NCBI RefSeq assembly: GCF_938002845.1
Contig: NZ_CALKZP010000028.1
Location: 9,805-73,804 of the forward strand
Origin: an uncultured Campylobacter sp.
Lineage (GTDB): Bacteria > Campylobacterota > Campylobacteria > Campylobacterales > Campylobacteraceae
Length of the DNA stretch: 64,000 bases
Direction: 5' to 3'
The notes beneath the pieces are model-generated. The model was not told where the DNA came from, did not search any database, and saw only the letters and a program-made list of their open reading frames with translations. The translations under genes and the position numbers were made by a program. How positions within the stretch are numbered: the stretch's first letter is position 1; each line of letters opens with the position of its first letter. Below are positions 8,139 through 17,553 of this stretch, piece after piece.

Positions 8139-9374
8139 CTACTTTATCTTTTTATATTTCCACGTCTGCTCCGTTATGAGCTCGAGTTTTCCGTTTTTAA
8201 GCTTAAATTCCTTAAAGCTCGTTATCGCGTAGATACTAGGCATCTCAAACATCATCAGCGCGGCTCCGTGCCCCACGCTGTCTGCCGGGATTGCGGTATC
8301 GTAAGTAGCCTCCGAGCGCCCGGTTTGCACCCATTTGCCGCTCGCATCAAGCTTGTAGATATCCATCGCCGTATTGCTGCCGTGCTCGTCGTAGCTATAG
8401 ACGTATTTGCCGCTGCTGGAATTTGATTCGTAGCTTTGCACGAGCGGGCGCTCGCCCGATTTGTCGTAAATTTCGCCGTTTGAGTAGCTTTTGATCCAAT
8501 CTTTAAGTTGTTCGTCCCACAGATACGAGGTCATATTAAGATCTGCGCCCTTCTTTATAGCGGTCTGTTTGCTCATATTATCCCACGCGCCCTTCTCGTC
8601 GTTCCAGATGAAGCTCGTAACGACCTCCTCGCCCTTTGCGGCATCAAGCTCATGCTTACTCATCGTCGCGTTTTGCCATGCGCCGCCCCTAAAAGTGCTG
8701 CGGATCTGCTCGTAGCTGCCGTTTCGATCGCCGTTAAGCATCTCTCGCTCGCTGTTTTGCCACGCGCCGTTTACAAACTCGTAGCTCACGTATCCGCTCA
8801 TTTCTCCTGCGGCGTCGTAGAAAATTTCGGTTTTATCTTTGGGCTGCCAGCTCTTGCCGTCCCATTTGAAGCTTATCGTAAGCTCCTCCTTATCCAACGC
8901 GTTTTTTACGGATCTGTTCATGCTATCTTTCTGCCATTTGCCCTTTACAAACTTATATCGCACGTCCTGCGTCGCGTTACCGTCGTAGCTGGAGACGGTT
9001 TTACTCGCATTGCGCGTGCCGTCATCCGCTATCGAATTGCTTTCGCGCGTCGTGACGTTACCCTTTACGCTTTCCGTGTAGTCTTCTATTTTTTTCCACT
9101 TGCCGCTTTTAAGATCGAGGTTAAATACTTCAAATTTAACCATATCCCCCTTTTCGTCAAAGTAGCTGATCTCTTTGTAGCTAGAGCCTAGGCCGTCCGA
9201 GGAGTTCGTATCTCTTACCTGCTCCAGCTTGCGCGCCGCCGCGTCGTAGCTTAGATGCGTGCTCTCCTTGCGCTCCCCGAGTGAGCTGTAGCTCATGCTT
9301 TGCACCATATACTCATACTCCTTGGCAAACGCCGCCGCACAGAGCAGCGCAAGTATCGTAGCGAGCTTTTTCAT
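8139..9374 (-). CDS. Secreted repeat protein, paralog B (eight aromatic-x-W...G-W modules with YD-like motifs)
   Basis: Signal peptide MKKLATILALLCAAAFA. Motifs SGKWKK, VKGKWQK, FKWDGKSWQ, FVNGAWQN, RGGAWQN, IWNDEKGAWD, LWDEQLKDW and ASGKWVQ, plus YSYDEHGS. The C-terminus (FKLKNGKLELITEQTWKY) resembles that of paralog A (YFLKDGEFKLNETREWVY). Confidence 0.8.
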   Translation of the reverse strand: MKKLATILALLCAAAFAKEYEYMVQSMSYSSLGERKESTHLSYDAAARKLEQVRDTNSSDGLGSSYKEISYFDEKGDMVKFEVFNLDLKSGKWKKIEDYTESVKGNVTTRESNSIADDGTRNASKTVSSYDGNATQDVRYKFVKGKWQKDSMNRSVKNALDKEELTISFKWDGKSWQPKDKTEIFYDAAGEMSGYVSYEFVNGAWQNSEREMLNGDRNGSYEQIRSTFRGGAWQNATMSKHELDAAKGEEVVTSFIWNDEKGAWDNMSKQTAIKKGADLNMTSYLWDEQLKDWIKSYSNGEIYDKSGERPLVQSYESNSSSGKYVYSYDEHGSNTAMDIYKLDASGKWVQTGRSEATYDTAIPADSVGHGAALMMFEMPSIYAITSFKEFKLKNGKLELITEQTWKYKKIK

Positions 9375-9623
9375 CCTCTCTCCTTGGAAAAATTTTTGAT
9401 AATTATATAATATTCGTATATAAAAACGGATAAAATTTCGGCGCGCGGCTAAATTTAAAAAACTTCGATTTCTAGGCGGTAGCGGTGGAATTTTACGTCG
9501 CCGAAGCGCCGGTTTTACTCAAATATGTGGCGCAAATTTTACGCAAGCCGCCAGGGACGCCTTTGGGTGAAATTTAAGAGAAATTTCTATAAAATTCGGC
9601 TCAAATTACATTAAGGAGCGCTT

Positions 9624-9947
9624 ATGGGATACGTTTATTTGGGGCTTGCTATAGTTTTGGAGCTAGCGGGGACCAACTGTATGAAGCTCTCGGACGGATT
9701 TAGTAAGCTGAATTATTCTCTAGCCACGCTAGCGGCATACGGCGCGTGCTTTTATTTTTTAGCGCTTGCGCTAAAAACGGTAAAGCTTAGCGTCGCTTAC
9801 GCTACGTGGGGTGGGCTCGGCATAGTATTAGCATCGCTGCTTTCGGTGTTTTACTTCCACGAAAAGCTCTCTGTGCCCGCGATATGCGGCATAGCGCTCA
9901 TCGTGATAGGCACGGCGATGTGTAATTTCTTCGGCGCAGGACACTAA
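9624..9947 (+). CDS. SMR-family small multidrug/cation efflux protein (EmrE/QacE-like)
   Basis: 107 aa with four predicted TM helices. The conserved membrane-embedded Glu sits in LELAGTNCMK, and an AYATWGGLG motif is present. AAGGAG ribosome-binding site upstream. Confidence 0.8.
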   Translation: MGYVYLGLAIVLELAGTNCMKLSDGFSKLNYSLATLAAYGACFYFLALALKTVKLSVAYATWGGLGIVLASLLSVFYFHEKLSVPAICGIALIVIGTAMCNFFGAGH

Positions 9948-10277
9948 GGCCGCGCGCCTTTACGAGCTAGCAATGCGTTTAAATTTGGGCGAGGAATAGG
10001 GTGTAAAAGCGGATCGAATGACGCAGTGGCTAAATTTTAAGCCGCCCAATCTCGCAAAAATTTCTTATCGATCAGGTCGTAGTTTTTATACAGCCTGTGC
10101 AGCTCGTCTCGCACCTCCATCAGCGCAAAGCCGAGCAGATTTCGCTCACGCCTTTTCCTTAAAATTTTATTTTGAAGCATAGTTTGAAATTTGCCTAAAT
10201 TTAGCCTGTAAGCTGAAATTTAGACAAAATACGGCTAAGCTAGCAAAGCCCGCCAGAGGGCAAGCTTAGCCGCAAAT

Positions 10278-10985
10278 TTAGTCGCAGAAGCGCTCGTCCG
10301 TACGGTATTTCTTGCGCTCGGCGATGTAATCGGCTCTGTTTTTCGGATCGGCAAAATACTGCTTTTGCTTCTGCTGATCGGCTTTGAGCTTTTCTATCAC
10401 TTCCTTTAGAGCCGCCTTGCGGTCGCTAGCCATGGATGGGAATTTATCCGAAAATATCGCCTTGTACGGATGATCCTTTACCCAATCGACCGCCTTTTCG
10501 ACTATGATCTGCTGCTTATCGATGTCGCAAAACGCGTATGGGTTGATCACGTCGCCCGCAAGGTGCATGAAAGCGGAATTTGCCTCTACCGTCTCCATAA
10601 ACATCGCGCCGCTGACGTCGATTACCGAAGCGAAAGAGATAAAGCGGTATTTGCCCGCGTAGAACCAAAACACCGCGTCGTCCTTGAGCCCTAGATCATA
10701 AGCGCGCGCAGCGACGGTCATCAGCGTGGTCGGAGCGACCATATCCGGGGCGTCCTCGATGATTTTGATCGCCTTTTTTAGGCTCGGCACGTCGTTTTTC
10801 ATCAACAGATCGTCGATCGGCTCGTAAACATGCACGTATTCGGGCTTACCCTCCTTAGCCGAATAAAACGGCGAAACATAGATGTCGATCGAAGTGATTT
10901 TTTCCACCTTACCCTCACCCTGGTCTTGGGCGCTCAAAGTCGCAGCCGCCGCCGCGCAGAGTAGCAGTGAGCGAAATTTTTTCAT
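10278..10985 (-). CDS. Secreted/periplasmic hypothetical protein
   Basis: Signal peptide MKKFRSLLLCAAAAATLSA/QD. 235 aa. No recognised family. Confidence 0.7.
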   Translation of the reverse strand: MKKFRSLLLCAAAAATLSAQDQGEGKVEKITSIDIYVSPFYSAKEGKPEYVHVYEPIDDLLMKNDVPSLKKAIKIIEDAPDMVAPTTLMTVAARAYDLGLKDDAVFWFYAGKYRFISFASVIDVSGAMFMETVEANSAFMHLAGDVINPYAFCDIDKQQIIVEKAVDWVKDHPYKAIFSDKFPSMASDRKAALKEVIEKLKADQQKQKQYFADPKNRADYIAERKKYRTDERFCD

Positions 10986-11181
10986 GGTTTCTCCTTCGGT
11001 TAAATTTTGTAAATTTGCTTCGTAATTATACCTTGAAATTTAAGAGCGCGAGCTTGATTTTTAACGAATATATTTTTGCGGAATTTTAATTTTTGCGGCG
11101 GCTCTATTTTCTTTTTATTCGGCTTTATCGCGACGCTTTACGCGGCTAAATTTAAGCGCCGTTAGCTGCTAAATTTACATT

Positions 11182-12132
11182 TCAATTTAGCTCGCTCACG
11201 CAAATTTTATAAATTTTGGCGCCTTTTAAAAGAGCTAAATATTCGCCGTTCCCGTACGAGCCGCAGCCCTCATTTTTGTTATTTTTCGATCCGTCTGCGC
11301 CGAGAAAATTTAGGCTGATTTTTCTGTCGAATTCTAGCGTTTCGCCTTTAAATTTAAACAAAAACAGCTCATCTTTGTCGTTATCAGCCGGGCAAAACAG
11401 CACGCTTCGCTCATCCAGCGCGAAGTCGCGGCTCGCAAAAATATAATCGCTCTTTGAAAATTCTAGCTCGCACGTTTCAATAGCCGCGGAGCCTGGTTTA
11501 TAAGAACTGATTTTCGGAGTATACGCCGTGGCTTGCCCGTCCTTGATACGAACGAAATCAAAGCTACTGCAATAGTGCGCGTAGCACGCGCCGCCAAATA
11601 GATTTATTGCGTAGCAGTCGTGAATCCGGCTGAGGTCAAATCCATAGAGCTTTTCGCCCGCTTCGTTCCAAACGGCGAGTTCGCACTCGTCTCCGCCGAA
11701 GTTGCCGAAGAGCCCGTCGCCAAAATATGAAACGTAGAGGTGCCCGCCTTGCGCTATGATCTTTGCTATGCCGTCGCCCACGCAAATTTTGCCCGTTTGG
11801 GCGCCCGGCTCATCGATAAATTTTAAATTTTCCTCGCTGCGTCTTAACTTCTCATCGTAGCGCGAGCGAGCGTTTAGCAGCGCCCAACGGTTTGGAAAAT
11901 CCACGGGCACGGCGAAGCGGTAGCCGTTTTCGTCCGCGCCGGTTTTTATCTCGCGCAGCCGCCCGTCTCGCATAAATTTTATGACGTATTCGCCCGCATC
12001 CTCGCATAGAAAATATATCTCGCCGTGCTCGGTGATGCCGATGCTGACGAGCTCTCGCGCCTCTTTTGGCGTTAGTTCATAACAAGGGGTTAAATTTAAC
12101 CGCGATTCTTTGATTTTAATGGACTTTGACAT
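11182..12132 (-). CDS. Cytoplasmic hypothetical protein, probably co-transcribed with pyk
   Basis: 316-aa ORF that starts 9 nt downstream of the pyk stop, on the same strand. No recognised motif. Confidence 0.65.
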   Translation of the reverse strand: MSKSIKIKESRLNLTPCYELTPKEARELVSIGITEHGEIYFLCEDAGEYVIKFMRDGRLREIKTGADENGYRFAVPVDFPNRWALLNARSRYDEKLRRSEENLKFIDEPGAQTGKICVGDGIAKIIAQGGHLYVSYFGDGLFGNFGGDECELAVWNEAGEKLYGFDLSRIHDCYAINLFGGACYAHYCSSFDFVRIKDGQATAYTPKISSYKPGSAAIETCELEFSKSDYIFASRDFALDERSVLFCPADNDKDELFLFKFKGETLEFDRKISLNFLGADGSKNNKNEGCGSYGNGEYLALLKGAKIYKICVSELN

Positions 12133-12141
12133 TTTGATTTT

Positions 12142-13611
12142 TTAAATTTTACCGCTAAAGCCCGTTTCCGCCGCGTCGCGGTAGAAATCGATCTGATCTT
12201 TTTTGATGATGCGGATGTAGTCGGTGCTGCCGGGATGACCGCTTTGAAAGCCCGCCGTCATCACATAGGTGCCGTCCTCTTCGATGAGCCCGCGCTGTAG
12301 AGCCTCGCTTATGATACGTGCGAGCAGCGAGTTGATGCTCGTTTTTTCCCTGACCATCGCTGGATTTACGCCCCACACGAGACTTAACGCGTGCGCGGTT
12401 TGCTCGTCGTGTGCGATTGCGATGATGTCGATTTTGGCGCGGTTGCGTGCGAGTTTGATCGCCGAACGCCCCGAGCCCGTGATCGAAAGTATCGCGCCCG
12501 CGCCCAGCCTTGCGGCAAGCGCTGCGGTGCTTGAGGTGATCATATCGGTCTCGTCGTAGAAATCGTAATCGTTAAATTTATCGTAAGGGTAGATCTTTTC
12601 GGTCTCGCGGATCGTCTCGCTCATCGCGGCGACCACGGCTGCAGGGTTTTTGCCGATGGCGCTTTCCTCGCTTAGCATCACGGCGTCGGTGCCGTCGAGC
12701 ACGGCGTTTGCGACGTCGCTGATCTCGGCTCTGGTAGCGCGCTCGTGCTCGGTCATGCTAAGCATCATCTGCGTGGCGGTGATGACGGGCTTTGAGCGGG
12801 CGTTGGCAAGAGCTATGATGCGCTTTTGTATACGCGGGATCTCATAAAACGGCATCTCGATGCCCAGATCTCCGCGCGCGACCATTATGCCGTCGCTTGC
12901 TTCGATGATCTGCTCGATGTTTTCTACAGCGTCGAATTTTTCGATCTTGGCGTAAATTTTAGCCTTTGAGCCCAGCGAGTTTAAAATTTCGCGCACGCGC
13001 AGGATGTCGTTTTGCGACTGCACGAAGGAGATGCCTACGAAATTTACGCCGTGCGCCGCGCCCCAGCGCAGATCCTCGAGGTCTTTTTGCGTTATAACGT
13101 CGATATTTAGGCGGGTGTTTGGGAAGTTCACCCCCTTATTCGAGCTCAAAAAGCCGTCGTTTTCGAGCACCGCTCGCACGCCTTGCTCGCTTACCGCGAC
13201 TACCTTGGCGCGGATTGAGCCGTCGTAGAGGTAGATAAACTCGCCTACCTTCATCAGCGGCAAAATTTCGGGGTGGTTGATACACAGCTCGTATTCGCCC
13301 TCTGCGGTCTTTTTGCCGATGATTTCGCGAGGAAGGAAGGTGATTTTATCGCCCGTTTTTAGTTTAAAATTTTCCTCGAGTTTGCCGACGCGGATCTTTG
13401 GGCCGCTGATGTCCTGAAAGACGCCTACGCGCACGCCCAGGCTCTTTTCTATGGTGCGGATTTTGTTTAAATTTGCCTCGTGATACTCGTGCGTGCCGTG
13501 GCTGAAGTTCATCCTAAAGGCGTTGCAACCCGCCTTTACCATCGCGCTCATCATCTCTTCGCCATCGCTTGCGGGCCCGATGGTCGCTAAAATTTTGGTT
13601 TTTTTAAGCAT
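12142..13611 (-). CDS. pyk: Pyruvate kinase
   Basis: TKILATIGPAS, FRMNFSHG, MVARGDLGIE and the C-terminal regulatory domain are present. The neighbouring mqo matches the arrangement in C. jejuni. Confidence 0.95.
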   Translation of the reverse strand: MLKKTKILATIGPASDGEEMMSAMVKAGCNAFRMNFSHGTHEYHEANLNKIRTIEKSLGVRVGVFQDISGPKIRVGKLEENFKLKTGDKITFLPREIIGKKTAEGEYELCINHPEILPLMKVGEFIYLYDGSIRAKVVAVSEQGVRAVLENDGFLSSNKGVNFPNTRLNIDVITQKDLEDLRWGAAHGVNFVGISFVQSQNDILRVREILNSLGSKAKIYAKIEKFDAVENIEQIIEASDGIMVARGDLGIEMPFYEIPRIQKRIIALANARSKPVITATQMMLSMTEHERATRAEISDVANAVLDGTDAVMLSEESAIGKNPAAVVAAMSETIRETEKIYPYDKFNDYDFYDETDMITSSTAALAARLGAGAILSITGSGRSAIKLARNRAKIDIIAIAHDEQTAHALSLVWGVNPAMVREKTSINSLLARIISEALQRGLIEEDGTYVMTAGFQSGHPGSTDYIRIIKKDQIDFYRDAAETGFSGKI

Positions 13612-13620
13612 CTTTTCTCC

Positions 13621-13917
13621 TTTAAATTTAAAATTTATCGCCGCATTAGGCGAAATTTTACGTGAAATTTTAAAATTTCTAAATTTTAAAATTCGCTAGA
13701 CGAAGGAATTTTAAAATTTTATGGCTCGAGAGAATTTCAGAATTCTACGGCATGGTGAAATTTTAAAATTTCATAGCTTGCTGTGTGGGTTAAATTCTAA
13801 AAATTCGCGTTTGAATGAAATTCAAAAATCCCCTATATATGTGAAGCGCGAGCAAAATTCTAAAATCCTCGCCGAAGTAAAATTTTAAAATTCTTGCCCG
13901 AGCGAAATTTAAAAATT
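13621..13917. repeat. Array of 12 A/T-only palindromic boxes (consensus GAAATTTTAAAATTTC) separated by short GC-rich linkers
   Basis: Boxes start at about 13621, 13652, 13664, 13680, 13705, 13732, 13757, 13791, 13817, 13853, 13878 and 13904. Identical 16-mers occur at 13664-13679 and 13757-13772. The array lies between the mqo stop and the pyk start. Confidence 0.85.
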
Positions 13918-13922
13918 CCTCT

Positions 13923-15269
13923 TTATCGCATCATTTCCGCGTCAAATTTTGCATCATCAAAGCTCACTCCCAAATATTCGCAGGCACTTTTTGCGTCGCG
14001 AAGTGCGTTGCCTAGGCAGCTCGTAGCGCCGGGGCTTGGGGTCATATTAAAGATAATCCCCGGATTTTCGCCTATTCTAGCTTCGCCTAAAAGCAGCTTT
14101 TTTTGCGAGTGTGAGATTACTTGTGGGCGCACGCCGCCAAAGCCCTTGGCATAATAAATATCCTCCTCGCGGATGCTAGGTATGATCTTGCGCGCATTTT
14201 TGACGAAAAGCTTTTTACCTAAAATCGGTATCTCAAAGCCTATATTGCGGATTAAGAAGTCCCTTACCTCGCTATCGCCAAAATTTTGCCAAATGACCTT
14301 GGCTACGTCCATGTCAAAATTTAATGATTGAAAAAATTCCGGCACCGAACGACAGCCCTTGTAGCGCTCAAGCTTCGGCATCGTAAGCGCGGTAGGACCA
14401 AATCTCGTGCAGCCGTCTGCGAGCAAATCCGGATCGCCGTGAAGCGCGGCAAATGGAAGCTTTGGGTTTTGTACCATGTAAACCTTGCCGTTTAGAAGTT
14501 TTTGCTTGGTTAGATAGAAGCTGCCAGCGATGCAAATCGTGCTAAGATCCTGCCCAAGCCCCATTTTGTGCGCGAGCCATAGCGAGTGAGCGCCCGCATC
14601 TACGACTACGAAATCAGCACTTAGCGAGAGTCTATTTGCGGTGCGGATATAGAACTTATCGCCTACTTTAGTGATGTTTTGCACCTCGGTGTTTAGGTAC
14701 AGATCGCAGGTTTTACCCTCCACGTTTTTAGCGTTTTGCACGAAGGAATTCGCCATCGCGCCGTAATCGATCGTCGTGTAAACTCCCGATTGCACGCCCA
14801 TTGCTACGATATCCTCCACTCGCTCCTCGCCGCGTCCGTCAAAAACTAACTTGGGCTCGATTTTTTTGAGCTCTTCCTTGTCGAAAAGCTGCAGATACGG
14901 ATAAAGCTCTTTAAATTTTTCAAAGCGCTCTTTAATTAGCTCTACCTCGCTCTCGCCCACGCCAAGAGCCATTTTCTGCCCCTGAAATAAAAATTTATTC
15001 TCATATCCGTGCTTTTGGCAATATTTCACGATCATATCCGCCTTGCGCTTGACTTCGGTCGCTTTTTGCAGGTCGTAGTTGGTCTCGATGTCGCCGCAAT
15101 GAATCGTCTGGGAATTTGCACTGGCTTTAGAATTCAGCGTCGCAAGCCCTTCGTATTTTTCAAGTAGAGCTATATTTTTGATTCCGCTAAATTCCGCCAG
15201 TACATATGCTAGCGCGCTGCCCGTGATACCGCCGCCTATGATGATTACTTCGTAATGTTTTTCTTGCAT
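13923..15269 (-). CDS. mqo: Malate:quinone oxidoreductase (epsilonproteobacterial FAD-dependent type)
   Basis: N-terminal FAD fold YEVIIIGGGITGSALAY. Its length (~448 aa) and its position next to pyk match C. jejuni Cj0393c and H. pylori Mqo. Confidence 0.8.
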   Translation of the reverse strand: MQEKHYEVIIIGGGITGSALAYVLAEFSGIKNIALLEKYEGLATLNSKASANSQTIHCGDIETNYDLQKATEVKRKADMIVKYCQKHGYENKFLFQGQKMALGVGESEVELIKERFEKFKELYPYLQLFDKEELKKIEPKLVFDGRGEERVEDIVAMGVQSGVYTTIDYGAMANSFVQNAKNVEGKTCDLYLNTEVQNITKVGDKFYIRTANRLSLSADFVVVDAGAHSLWLAHKMGLGQDLSTICIAGSFYLTKQKLLNGKVYMVQNPKLPFAALHGDPDLLADGCTRFGPTALTMPKLERYKGCRSVPEFFQSLNFDMDVAKVIWQNFGDSEVRDFLIRNIGFEIPILGKKLFVKNARKIIPSIREEDIYYAKGFGGVRPQVISHSQKKLLLGEARIGENPGIIFNMTPSPGATSCLGNALRDAKSACEYLGVSFDDAKFDAEMMR

Positions 15270-15390
15270 GCCCTTTCCTTATCGAATTTGGCTGCAATTG
15301 TGCGAAAATTTCGCTTAAAAGCTAGTTATAAAAGCGTGAATTTAGATGATTTTATATAAAATTCGCACCATTTCATTTTGGGAGTAGTAT

Positions 15391-16575
15391 ATGAAAAAAT
15401 CGATTCTTGTCGGATTAAGTTTGATTATAGCCACGTCGCTGTGGGGCGCGGATAAGAAAGTTTATCACCTTAAGCTAGCTCAGACTTACGAGCTTAGTAT
15501 GCCTATCGTAGGCGATGTCGCCAAGCGTATGGCAGATCTTGCAGATAGTATGTCTGATGGTAGACTAAAAATCAGCATCGACGCGCCTAGCAAGCATAAA
15601 GCGCCTTTTGCAATCTATGATATGGTCAAAAACGGACAATACGATTTAGGCTATACTGCGAGCTACTATTATAAGGGTAAAAATAGCGCGAATATGCTGT
15701 TTACGACGGTGCCTTTTGGTATGACGAAAGACGAACAGCACGCTTGGTATTACTTCGGCGGAGGCAAGGAGCTAGCCGATAAATTCTATGCTAAAAGCAA
15801 TCTAAAGGTCTTTAATATCCTAAATAGCGGTATGCAGATGGGTGGTTGGTTTAAAAAAGAGATTAATACGCTAGACGATTTAAAAGGGCTTAAATTTAGA
15901 ATTCCAAGCTTTGGCGGGGAGGTTATGAGCCGCCTTGGCGTCGCAGTCGCTACGATACCGGTAGGTGAGCTATATATGGCGCTAGAGATGGGCACTATCG
16001 ATGCGGTCGAGTGGGCAAGCCCCAGCTTTGATATACCTCTAGGCTTTCACAAGGTCGCAAATTACTATTATACGGGATGGCAAGAACCCGCTAGCGAGCA
16101 GCAGATCGTGATAAATCTACAAACTTGGCAGAAGCTTCCTAAAGACTTGCAAAATATCCTAGAGGCTTCGATCGCAAAGGCGCGCGAATACGCAGAAAAC
16201 GAGACGTTTTATAAAAATGTAATAATTTGGGACGAGATCAAAAAGAAATATCCGAACGTTCAGATTCGCTCTTTTTCGCCCGAGATCATGCGTGCGCTTC
16301 GCAAGGCGACGGATGAAATTTTAGCCGAAGAAAGCGAGAAAAATCCTGATTTCAAAGAGATTTGGGAGAGCCAAAAGGCGTTTTTAGCTAAAGCTAGAAC
16401 GTGGACGAAGATGGGCGATTTTACATATATCGAAAAAACGGGCGACGTTGAAGCCGAGCAGAATTTCACCGCTTCGGTGAAAAAAATCTCTGTTCCTGAG
16501 CCCGTAAATAGCGCAGCCAGCGAGATAAATGCAAGCACTGCTGCGCCAAAAAACGAGGATAATCAGACGAAATAG
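15391..16575 (+). CDS. TRAP-transporter periplasmic solute-binding protein (DctP family), with no adjacent membrane subunits
   Basis: Signal peptide plus DctP-type motifs (YDLGYTASYYYKGK, GGWFKKEINTLDDLKGLKFRIP, GTIDAVEW). The C-terminal ~40 aa are low in complexity. Confidence 0.8.
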   Translation: MKKSILVGLSLIIATSLWGADKKVYHLKLAQTYELSMPIVGDVAKRMADLADSMSDGRLKISIDAPSKHKAPFAIYDMVKNGQYDLGYTASYYYKGKNSANMLFTTVPFGMTKDEQHAWYYFGGGKELADKFYAKSNLKVFNILNSGMQMGGWFKKEINTLDDLKGLKFRIPSFGGEVMSRLGVAVATIPVGELYMALEMGTIDAVEWASPSFDIPLGFHKVANYYYTGWQEPASEQQIVINLQTWQKLPKDLQNILEASIAKAREYAENETFYKNVIIWDEIKKKYPNVQIRSFSPEIMRALRKATDEILAEESEKNPDFKEIWESQKAFLAKARTWTKMGDFTYIEKTGDVEAEQNFTASVKKISVPEPVNSAASEINASTAAPKNEDNQTK

Positions 16576-16750
16576 TGCTTCGCTTTTAAGTTGCGTTTTT
16601 ATGCCACGCGGCTAAACTAAGCGCCAGATAAAGGTGTATGCGACTTAAATTTGATCGGCAATTTAGGCGAGGTGCGGGTGATTAAAATGCAGGCGATTTA
16701 CTTATTTGCAGCTGCGTAGTTCGGCAATATCTTTAAAATTTTAATTTATG

Positions 16751-16780
16751 AAAGCGGCGATAAAATTTTATCGCCGCTTT
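16751..16780. terminator. Perfect 30-nt palindrome, candidate bidirectional terminator
   Basis: AAAGCGGCGATAAAATTTTATCGCCGCTTT is a GC-rich stem flanked by an A run and a T run. It lies 175 nt downstream of the TRAP solute-binding protein gene. Confidence 0.5.
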
Positions 16781-17527
16781 AGCATTTAAGTTAAGGCGTG
16801 CAATTCGCATCACTGCGTTTAAAGCCCAATTTAAAAGCTGCTCGGTTGCCGCCGCACAAGGCTAGAATTTTAGAAAGCTTTGAGCCTCCTCCTTTTGTCT
16901 TATTCTTTTATCTCTTATGTTATTTAATCTTGATATTTTGCCGTGCTTGCTTGCGGGTGACATTGAGCGAGAGAGAATTTAATCTTGCTTTTTCATTTCG
17001 CGTAGTTAGCGGAGGAGCTTTGGCGAAGCGCGCCAATCTGAGATTTTAAATTAGTAGCGTTCATAAATTCCACATTTTAAAATTTTAATGTTTTTGTCTT
17101 GCCGATACCGCTTTTAAATAGAATTTGCTTTGGGTTTTCTTGCTGTATAAAACAGTGAACTTCAAATAAAATGCAAAATTTTAAAATTTTGGGCCTGAAT
17201 ATCACAAGTAATGAGAATTTAAAATTTTGTCTTTCGGAGGTTAAGTACAAAGCGCGTTAGGAAAAATTTTATAGGTCAAATTTCATTTTAAGCGATTGCA
17301 GATTTAAAGCTTGTATGCAAATACTTTTAAAGCCTGCTCTAGTTAGAATTTATCACTAAACTAGACGGGCTTAGCCTTGGAATTTCACCGCGTCAATTTT
17401 AAAATTTTGCGCGAGTTAGGCTTAAAATTTTAAAATTCGATTCTACCTGCGAAAACTCTTAAATTCCACGGTTTAGAATTTTGATGGAGAATTTTGCCAT
17501 AACGCTATTTCTTGGGATGCGATAAAA

Positions 17528-17553
17528 CTACGCGGCATGCAAAAGCCGCGTAG
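17528..17553 (-). terminator. Candidate metK terminator hairpin
   Basis: CTACGCGGC-atgcaaaa-GCCGCGTAG. On the minus strand it is followed by TTTTAT. A second hairpin (GCTAGGC...GCCTAGC) sits at 17562-17587. Confidence 0.55.

Noticed and set aside
9375-9623. Guanidine riboswitch (ykkC, mini-ykkC or ykkC-III) upstream of the SMR transporter gene
   Set aside because: I found only a weak CTAGG match and one imperfect hairpin with an ACGC loop (ccagggacgcctttgg). There is no pair of ACGR-loop hairpins and no GGUCCGAGAG-type conserved core. A covariance-model scan (Rfam RF00442, RF01068, RF01763) would settle it.
10037-10180. 47-aa minus-strand ORF (MLQNKILRKRRERNLLGFALMEVRDELHRLYKNYDLIDKKFLRDWAA) between the SMR gene and the secreted protein gene
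   Set aside because: It has no convincing ribosome-binding site and no recognisable family, and it sits in repeat-type DNA. It could be a gene remnant or a small protein, but the evidence is insufficient.
13621-13917. Possible CRISPR array (regularly spaced short repeats with variable spacers)
   Set aside because: The repeats are only 14-16 nt, degenerate and pure A/T. The spacers are about 10-20 nt of GC-rich sequence, far shorter than CRISPR spacers. There are no cas genes or leader in the window, and the same texture occurs in nearly every intergenic region.
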